A DNA stretch of 56,065 nt, the filler included, from Squatina squatina (Eukaryota): the NCBI GenBank assembly GCA_031763465.1. It is 3 parts of 2 records of this genome, joined end to end, with 100 filler letters (N's around TTAATTAATTAA, not from the genome) between each part and the next. Parts side by side here need not be neighbours in the genome. Positions count along the whole stretch, not along the records: positions 39,887 to 56,065 come from JARFOE010000004.1; 2 more parts are not named here. One strand, 5' to 3'. The stretch's first letter is position 1; the number at the start of each line of letters is the position of its first letter. The notes beneath the pieces are model-generated. The model did no database searches and had not been told where the DNA came from. It saw only the letters and a program-made list of their open reading frames with translations. The position numbers and the translations under genes are program-made. Shown here piece by piece: positions 48,427 to 56,065 of the stretch.

Positions 48427-48531
48427 CTCAGATTGGCAGAAACCCTGGTTTGCAGGCCATATGGGATGATGAAAAACAGCGTCGTCGTGAAAACAATATG
48501 TCTTCGCAAATTGAGTCATCTAATTCACAAG
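48427..48531 (+). CDS. REV3L: DNA polymerase zeta catalytic subunit, N-terminal-domain exon
   Basis: cttttttag|CT CAG...CAA G|gtaacc, 105 nt; AQIGRNPGLQAIWDDEKQRRR (human AQIGGNPGLQAIWEDEKQRRR). Confidence 0.93.
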
Positions 48532-48996
48532 GTAACCACAGTGACTTATAAAGACACAGCTTTCTGTAATTTGTACTGGATATGCAAGAACAAGAAAATC
48601 GTTTAGCTGCTCCATAAATCAACCTCTAGTATAAAGCACAAGAACAAAGTTCAAAAATATAATTTCATCAATGTATGCCAGAGCATTCAATTCTGTCACT
48701 TCTCCCTGTGCTGCTACAAAAAGGAGTTGGGTTGTCAGTGGATAGATGTGTTGCATAGGTCAGCTTAAGTGACCATTTGTAAAACTCATTAGCTACTGGG
48801 TTTGAATGTTTCCCCCAGTAAAATGTCCCAAGGTGTTTCACGGGAGCATTACCAAACAAAATTTGACACTGGGCCACATGGGTTATTAGGGCAGATNNNN
48901 NNNNNNNNNNNNNNNNNNNNNNNNNNNNNNNNNNNNNNNNNNNNNNNNNNNNNNNNNNNNNNNNNNNNNNNNNNNNNNNNNNNNNNNNNNNNNNNN

Positions 48997-50158
48997 AATT
49001 TTCACAAAGAAACTGTGATCTTAGAACTGCCGTCATCTGATCATGTTGGACTACAGTGCAATCATGCAGGTACCACACCTCATACACTCAGTGGTTTGAA
49101 CTCTACAGAATTACCCTCTTATCAAAATTCATTTATCACAGCAAAGAAGCCTGAACACTCAGTTTCTAATATTTCTAATGAAGCCAGTTATGATCTAAAA
49201 TACAGTGCACCAAGTGAAGATCTTGGCTTTTGCAGTGTGAAGCTTGTGGATGCTGATATGGTAGATAGATCTCCAGATGCAGTCTGTGAAAACAAGCACA
49301 TAACCAGTGACTATGAAAAACAGGTATCGGCACACACTGATAGACTTCAGAGAGTAACGCGATATATTAGCATTAACTGTGAAAAGAATTTACCGTTTAC
49401 ACACCAGAGGAACCTAACCAATGAAGATGAATTTCATAGTAATTCAACTCTCAGTTCCTTAGTCGGGAGGATCGCTAATAAAGTGCCTCTTGCATTCAAT
49501 AAAAAAGAAAGCAGCATGTGTGATAAACCTTTGATTCCCCTAGTGGGTATAAAAAATGGGGTTCAGCTTTTTGAAGAAGACAAAACCACTGCAACAGATG
49601 CTGAAAACAACATTGAAAAAAGCCTTAATGAACTTAAAATTAGGTATGAAGACTTTCAAGCAACCCAAAGAGAAAAAACAGTCATTGATCAGCATGAGGC
49701 ACAATACACATTTTTTCCTAGTGTGGTGCTCCCCAACTGTCTGAAATGTCCAGAAAAAGTCTTCAAGTCTTCTAAAGTTCAGAAACCAGATGACCGCAGG
49801 TTAAAGCTCAAATTAAGTAGAAAGAAATCAAATGGTACCCAGCTGATGGGGAAATCTGCAGCTGCAAAGATAAAGAATGCCCATTCCACTGAACTGAATT
49901 CTTGTAGCAATGGACTACTGGAAAATAAAGTATCGCTGGATCAGACTTCTATTCCATCTTTAGATAATGGACTTCCTTTAGCATCCCAAATTTTTAATAT
50001 GGAAGGATCTCCAGAAAATGGCCTGGAGGGACAGTCATTTCGATTAGCATGCAGTAAATATACACTCCGTACAAAGCGAAAAGTAAGCTATGAAGCTGAA
50101 GACAGTGAACATGGCCAAGGCTCAGAACTCTTAAAGACAAGTCCAACTCGGCCAGAAT
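48997..50158 (+). CDS. REV3L: REV3L giant exon, part 1 (both ends in gaps)
   Basis: Long open frame with ELKIRYEDFQ, YTFFPSVVLPNCL, LKLKLSRKK and KYTLRTKRKVSYEAEDSE. Confidence 0.92.
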
Positions 50159-50871
50159 NNNNNNNNNNNNNNNNNNNNNNNNNNNNNNNNNNNNNNNNNN
50201 NNNNNNNNNNNNNNNNNNNNNNNNNNNNNNNNNNNNNNNNNNNNNNNNNNNNNNNNNNNNNNNNNNNNNNNNNNNNNNNNNNNNNNNNNNNNNNNNNNNN
50301 NNNNNNNNNNNNNNNNNNNNNNNNNNNNNNNNNNNNNNNNNNNNNNNNNNNNNNNNNNNNNNNNNNNNNNNNNNNNNNNNNNNNNNNNNNNNNNNNNNNN
50401 NNNNNNNNNNNNNNNNNNNNNNNNNNNNNNNNNNNNNNNNNNNNNNNNNNNNNNNNNNNNNNNNNNNNNNNNNNNNNNNNNNNNNNNNNNNNNNNNNNNN
50501 NNNNNNNNNNNNNNNNNNNNNNNNNNNNNNNNNNNNNNNNNNNNNNNNNNNNNNNNNNNNNNNNNNNNNNNNNNNNNNNNNNNNNNNNNNNNNNNNNNNN
50601 NNNNNNNNNNNNNNNNNNNNNNNNNNNNNNNNNNNNNNNNNNNNNNNNNNNNNNNNNNNNNNNNNNNNNNNNNNNNNNNNNNNNNNNNNNNNNNNNNNNN
50701 NNNNNNNNNNNNNNNNNNNNNNNNNNNNNNNNNNNNNNNNNNNNNNNNNNNNNNNNNNNNNNNNNNNNNNNNNNNNNNNNNNNNNNNNNNNNNNNNNNNN
50801 NNNNNNNNNNNNNNNNNTTCCAACCTCAGAAGCTGTTGCTTGCTGCATTTGCTAGAAATTCGGTGCGCTAA

Positions 50872-51479
50872 TGTTTGAAATCCAGAAAAAAATCTCCCTG
50901 CAATGCTAGCACTACAGCTAAAAAAACAAAAGTATCCCAGAAAGCTAAACAGGTGACAGATAATGAAAAAGATGAACAGAAAGGAAAACAGCGAAAGAAA
51001 ACTAGGAAAAGATGGACTCGTAAACCGAAAAATACAATTCCATGCCTTGCTGAAAAGCAAGGAACAAGTCAAAGTTCAGAACCACATGAGCAAACTGGAA
51101 GCTCTGAGCTCGTCAACAGTGAAATGAATTCATCCTCTAAAGAGAAAGCTAAAAGTAGGTTTGATGGTGATTTTGAAAATTTGATTGTTGCAGAATCAGA
51201 GCCTGTTTCCAAGACTGATGAGCAGCCCAACATTCCTCTTAGTATCTGTTCAACAGGGCATCTTCCTTCAACGCAACCTTATTCTGAAGAAATTCAAGAT
51301 TCTGGGGGTTACTATTGTTCTTTGCTGCAAACCGATGACAACACAGACCTGCCTGGCTTTTCTTATCCGCCAGATGAACAAGTCTCAGACACACTATCTC
51401 AAATGGCAACATGTTCTCAGTCCCAGTTGCATTCCAGTCTCCCTTTCAGTCTCAGTAAAACAAGTCCTTCATGTGCACA
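50872..51479 (+). CDS. REV3L: REV3L giant exon, part 2
   Basis: Open frame with a basic region (KKTKVSQKAKQV...RKKTRKR); preceded by an in-frame TAA at 50869 (see findings). Confidence 0.7.
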
Positions 51480-51963
51480 NNNNNNNNNNNNNNNNNNNNN
51501 NNNNNNNNNNNNNNNNNNNNNNNNNNNNNNNNNNNNNNNNNNNNNNNNNNNNNNNNNNNNNNNNNNNNNNNNNNNNNNNNNNNNNNNNNNNNNNNNNNNN
51601 NNNNNNNNNNNNNNNNNNNNNNNNNNNNNNNNNNNNNNNNNNNNNNNNNNNNNNNNNNNNNNNNNNNNNNNNNNNNNNNNNNNNNNNNNNNNNNNNNNNN
51701 NNNNNNNNNNNNNNNNNNNNNNNNNNNNNNNNNNNNNNNNNNNNNNNNNNNNNNNNNNNNNNNNNNNNNNNNNNNNNNNNNNNNNNNNNNNNNNNNNNNN
51801 NNNNNNNNNNNNNNNNNNNNNNNNNNNNNNNNNNNNNNNNNNNNNNNNNNNNNNNNNNNNNNNNNNNNNNNNNNNNNNNNNNNNNNNNNNNNNNNNNNNN
51901 NNNNNNNNNNNNNNNNNNNNNNNNNNNNNNNNNNNNNNNNNNNNNNNNNNNNNNNNNNNNNNN

Positions 51964-52686
51964 TCAGCGAACAGTGTTACAGATTTACCTGTCCGGATTT
52001 CTCCGCTAGGAAATGAAAAGGATGGTCAGTGTCTTAATCTTACTCCATGTAGCCATAGTAAATTGGTGAAAAAAGTTTTGGAAAAGGAACAAGAAACAAG
52101 CAACATTTTGGATATATCTGATTTCACCCGTCGTAGAATAAAGCAAAGATCTGTGTCTGAAACATTTTTGGAAACAAATATACCCCAATCTCAAAAATCA
52201 GAACAAAATATAATAGATGGTCAAACACCTGTTAGTAATGGTCAGTCTAGTCTCACGGTGTTAAGAGAGTTGCTGCAGAAAAGGCAACAAAAAGCACACC
52301 AAGGAAATGTTCAAACCCCTTCGCCTAAACCACAGTTTAATAGAAGTATTTCTTCCCCAAATGAGCAAAATGAATTCAATAAAAGTTCTGCTAACACCGG
52401 CTTTTGTGGTCTTCTCACTGCTGCTCGTTCAAAATCTCCAAAGGATGCTTCCACTAAAAAAACAAAAAGCACAAGAAGTGCAAAGATTGCACAGAAGAAA
52501 ACCAAAACCTCAAAAAGGGAGTTGACCAAGAAATCTCAAACTTCTCAATCTAAATGTCCATTTTCTGATGACAGCCCTGTTTTCCATTCAGATGCAGGCT
52601 TTGATAGTTGTTACAGTTTTGATAGCTTATCACCTGAACTTCCACAGTCTTACAATTTTGATATCAATACTGTTGGACAAACTTTG
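51964..52686 (+). CDS. REV3L: REV3L giant exon, part 3
   Basis: ILDISDF...RSVSE, GQSSLTVLRELLQKRQQKA, SDDSPVFHSDAGFDSCYS and YNFDINTVGQT all match human REV3L; 3' boundary uncertain. Confidence 0.9.
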
Positions 52687-52919
52687 GTGAAATTAGTGTT
52701 TTTTACTATTTGGAAATCAGCAGATGAAAATCTATGTAGCAGAGTTCTAGCTATGCAGCAGAGTCCTATGTTTCTTCCTAGACTAAAGTGACCCCCTTCT
52801 CCCTGCAACATTTCTGCTCCATTCCTAATTTTATAGAACTTAAATTTCAAAGAACAGATTCCTAAACATTGCATCAACTCTTGTCAAAATTTGAATGCAC
52901 AGATGCAGCACAAAATATT

Positions 52920-53007
52920 GGGCGCAAAATTCAGCACCTGTTGCACCCCATTGGCGCCTCCGAGGGGCGCTAGTGGGGCGATACTGGACAAAATGGCAGC
53001 GGGAGGC
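52920..53007 (+). mobile_element. MITE/DNA transposon terminus with hairpin
   Basis: Same family as 7413-7497 and 56012-56065. Confidence 0.7.
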
Positions 53008-53183
53008 NNNNNNNNNNNNNNNNNNNNNNNNNNNNNNNNNNNNNNNNNNNNNNNNNNNNNNNNNNNNNNNNNNNNNNNNNNNNNNNNNNNNNNNNNNNNN
53101 NNNNNNNNNNNNNNNNNNNNNNNNNNNNNNNNNNNNNNNNNNNNNNNNNNNNNNNNNNNNNNNNNNNNNNNNNNNNNNNNNNN

Positions 53184-53522
53184 NTCTGGCCTTTCTACTG
53201 GTTCAAGTCCAAATGGAGCTATGGGATTTATTGGTGATGACATTGCTGCAACAAGCTGTGAAGATCCAGAGCTGTGCGCTTCCAAATATAGTAATGGTTC
53301 CCCAGCAACGTCTCATAGTTCTCCAGCATCTGTCAGTTCCCCATTACAAACCAAAAATAACTGTTACATTAACCGTACATCAGGTGCTCACATTTTAAAG
53401 CCTTTAATGTCACCACCAAGTCGAGAGGAAATAGTGGCAACGTTGTTTGATCATAACCTGGCAGAAATTGTCTACCAAGAGCCATTTTGCAGTGATCCTT
53501 CAGATGCTCCAGAAAAACCCAG
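53184..53522 (+). CDS. REV3L: REV3L giant exon, 3' end with REV7-binding motif 1
   Basis: AHILKPLMSPPSREEIVATL...YQEPFCSDPSDAPEKPR with AG|gtaagg donor. Confidence 0.95.
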
Positions 53523-54230
53523 GTAAGGAATCTAACTACTCCTCTACATACATAAAATTATGAAAGCATTAACTTAGTATCCAAACTCCTATTGCATTCC
53601 ACTATTGCAGGTCCCCAACTGATAGGGCCCATTATCAGTTATTGTGCCAACCCTGATTTCAATAAAAACCTGACTTTGGGAGCAGATTTATGGGACAGTT
53701 CCTCTCCGGCTAAGGGTCTTTCGTAAGCAAGATAAGTCTGTTGAGAGAACACTGAATTGACTTAGCTGTTCCACCCAATTCCTGCTGTAACTCCAGCAGG
53801 AGTCCAGTTGAACGGTTTAGGAAAAGGCCTGAATCTGGATTTAGCAGCTGGCCTTGTAAAGGATGGATACTCCTTCTACCCTTTACAAATCCAGCCTTGT
53901 AAGAAGGGGCAGGGGTCCCTATGCTGGGAGTTCCTGCTTCCCAGGCCCACATGGGGCCTGACGTAAGACTGGAGGTTGGTGGGTTGAGTCACATGATGTA
54001 CCAGTCTTGTGAAGGGTGAAAGTGGGTCCCAAAGGGGATGCAGACCTGGAAAACTGTCTGGATCACCCCCAAAGTGTGGCAATTTAAAAAGACAACAATT
54101 TTTGGTCTCTGACACAGGGGGCAGTCAATGGGGCATAGGGGGCCGTTAAGTATTCCTGAATAGCTGGTGGGTACCAGAGTTCCTGGCAGCATAGGGCAGC
54201 TTGTTGCCCGAGATACACCTATGGTGACAT

Positions 54231-54288
54231 GGGCCTGAAATTGCGATCTCCCCGGGTGGGAATGATGTTCCCACGCACCCGGGGAGAC
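54231..54288 (+). mobile_element. DNA transposon/MITE terminus
   Basis: Near-identical to 15971-16028. Confidence 0.7.
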
Positions 54289-54388
54289 NNNNNNNNNNNN
54301 NNNNNNNNNNNNNNNNNNNNNNNNNNNNNNNNNNNNNNNNNNNNNNNNNNNNNNNNNNNNNNNNNNNNNNNNNNNNNNNNNNNNNNNN

Positions 54389-54957
54389 CAATGAATTGCC
54401 AGAATTTGATGGAGATTTTTCATTGGAAGGGTTGCAGTTCTGGAAGACAGCATTATCGGCAATGACACAAAATGCTAGACCTGGCTCCCCTGCCTTTACT
54501 GGGAATAGGCATTCTGCTGCTCAAAGAGTGGGAGCAGGTGCAGGAACTTCTGAAGACCAAAAGATTATAATCCTGCCATGTAAAAGTCCACCTAGTTTAC
54601 AGCGGGTGCAGTTGTGGCTTCAAGCAAAAAGAGAATACGATCATTCAAAGAAATGTTCAAAAAATCAGATTGGTCTAACTGAGAATACCAACCAGAATCA
54701 GTGCTTGCAGCCTTCACAAGCTGATCGGACTTCTACAGCTGAAGAGTTGGCTACGGCAATTTCTGCAGTTCCTGACCAAGAGCAAGTTTTAAGGCATGCC
54801 CAGATGAGTGAATCTGACTCCTCTCCTGAAATACCGCTCCTAAAAACCCCAGAGCCGAACAACTCGAAATCTCGGTCTCCAGCAAGCCAGCTAACTAAAG
54901 TAGCGGAGCCGTTTGAAGATGATGATGATTACTATCGTGCATACAGTTCTCCCGATT
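54389..54957 (+). CDS. REV3L: REV3L exon with REV7-binding motif 2 (ends in gaps)
   Basis: EFDGDFSLEGLQFWKTALSAMTQN...KIIILPCKSPPS...WLQAKREY...YSSPD. Confidence 0.94.
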
Positions 54958-55729
54958 NNNNNNNNNNNNNNNNNNNNNNNNNNNNNNNNNNNNNNNNNNN
55001 NNNNNNNNNNNNNNNNNNNNNNNNNNNNNNNNNNNNNNNNNNNNNNNNNNNNNNNNNATGTTCGTATCTTCTACCGTAAAGACTGATGCAAAATATCTGT
55101 AACTCCTCCTGCCATTTCCTTGTTCCCCATAACTATTTCCCCAGCCTTATTCTGCTGTAACATATCTGTCCTGGAAAAGTGTTTGTTTTGAAGCTTTAAA
55201 ATTTCCCCCCTCACCTCTGCACAGAACTCACCAAGAAAATAAGTTGTACAAACCAAGGGTTCCACTAATGGCATGGTGTATAAACATGCTTCTGATCTAG
55301 TACGAGATCATCTGTCGTGAGTTTGAACTATGTTAAAATCTGAGTAGTTACTTGATCTTCGCCCCAGTGATGTTGGAGATGATGCAGTCAGTCTCTGCAT
55401 TCTTGAGATCGGGATAAAATCTTCTAGATTTCCCGAAAGCTATCCAGTGGCCCCCAGTAGAAAGGGCATGTATGTAGACATTGTATGAAGACATAATTGA
55501 GTGCCTGGGATCAGACATACCAACCCTGTGATTGAATCACCTGCCAGCACTCATAGCCTAGGTTGTCAAAAAGAATATCACGCTACAGGAAAAATGCCAG
55601 CTTTGGTGAGTTAACTCTTTCAGGACAAAGAAAATGGGAGAAGGAAAAAGCAAAAGAAAATGTACATAATCCAAAAAGGTTTTGCTATAGTTGACCAACA
55701 GTCTTTGGAATGCATTCCTGTTTTTGCAG

Positions 55730-55974
55730 TATCGTGTGGAGTCGATGATGTTGCGTGTTGCCAAACCAATGAACTATATCGCTATAACCCCCAGTGTCCA
55801 GCAGCGATCTCGCATGAGAGCTCCTCAGTGCATTCCTCTTGTGATGGAGCCTGAATCTCGCTTCTACAGCAATTCAGTTCTGGTTCTGGATTTCCAGTCC
55901 CTATATCCTTCTATCATCATAGCTTACAACTATTGCTACTCCACATGTCTGGGCAACATTGACTACCTTGGAAA
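55730..55974 (+). CDS. REV3L: REV3L family-B polymerase domain exon (motif A)
   Basis: ttttgcag|TAT...GGA AA|gtaaga; YRVESMMLR...LVMEPESRFYSNSVLVLDFQSLYPSIIIAYNYCYSTCLG. Confidence 0.97.
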
Positions 55975-56011
55975 GTAAGACATTTTTCTTTTCTAATTAT
56001 ATGCGAGTTAT

Positions 56012-56065
56012 GGGGCTAGAAATTTATGTCCTGTTAGCGCCTCCGAGGGGTGTTAAGGAGGCGAA
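56012..56065 (+). mobile_element. MITE/DNA transposon terminus (runs off the window)
   Basis: ggggctagaaatt...cctgttagcgcctccgagggg shared with 52920-53007. Confidence 0.6.

Overview
Eukaryotic vertebrate genomic DNA, very probably a shark (CR1/L2/RTE LINEs, Deu-domain SINEs, Penelope ends and Harbinger relics in the style of cartilaginous fish). It comes from a heavily gapped, apparently reference-scaffolded assembly: most contigs are 1-3 kb and most gaps are a fixed 100 N. Two N44-TTAATTAATTAA-N44 artificial linkers (16557-16656, 39787-39886) cut the window into three blocks whose adjacency is not biological evidence. Block 1 (1-16556) holds the first and last exons of ALDH8A1 and the probable last exon of HBS1L (human 6q23-like order). 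Block 2 (16657-39786) holds a probable ILF3 5' exon, three SLC44A2 exons including two alternative terminal exons, a PDE4A exon, an MTSS-family exon and two TNPO2 exons (mostly human 19p13-like). Block 3 (39887-56065) holds FYN, TRAF3IP2 and REV3L exons (human 6q21-like order). No gene is complete. Most ORFs in the supplied track are spurious or run through N gaps. I found no convincing novel multi-gene system. The most interesting observations are the duplicated SLC44A2 terminal exons, an ILF3-like N-terminal exon absent from the mammalian protein, an MTSS exon with tandem donors in an unexpected neighbourhood, apparent breakage or intronization of the REV3L giant exon, a Penelope-type minimal hammerhead ribozyme motif, and a degenerate Gag-like relic. 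Gene identities come from my recall of homologous proteins and gene order, not from database searches.
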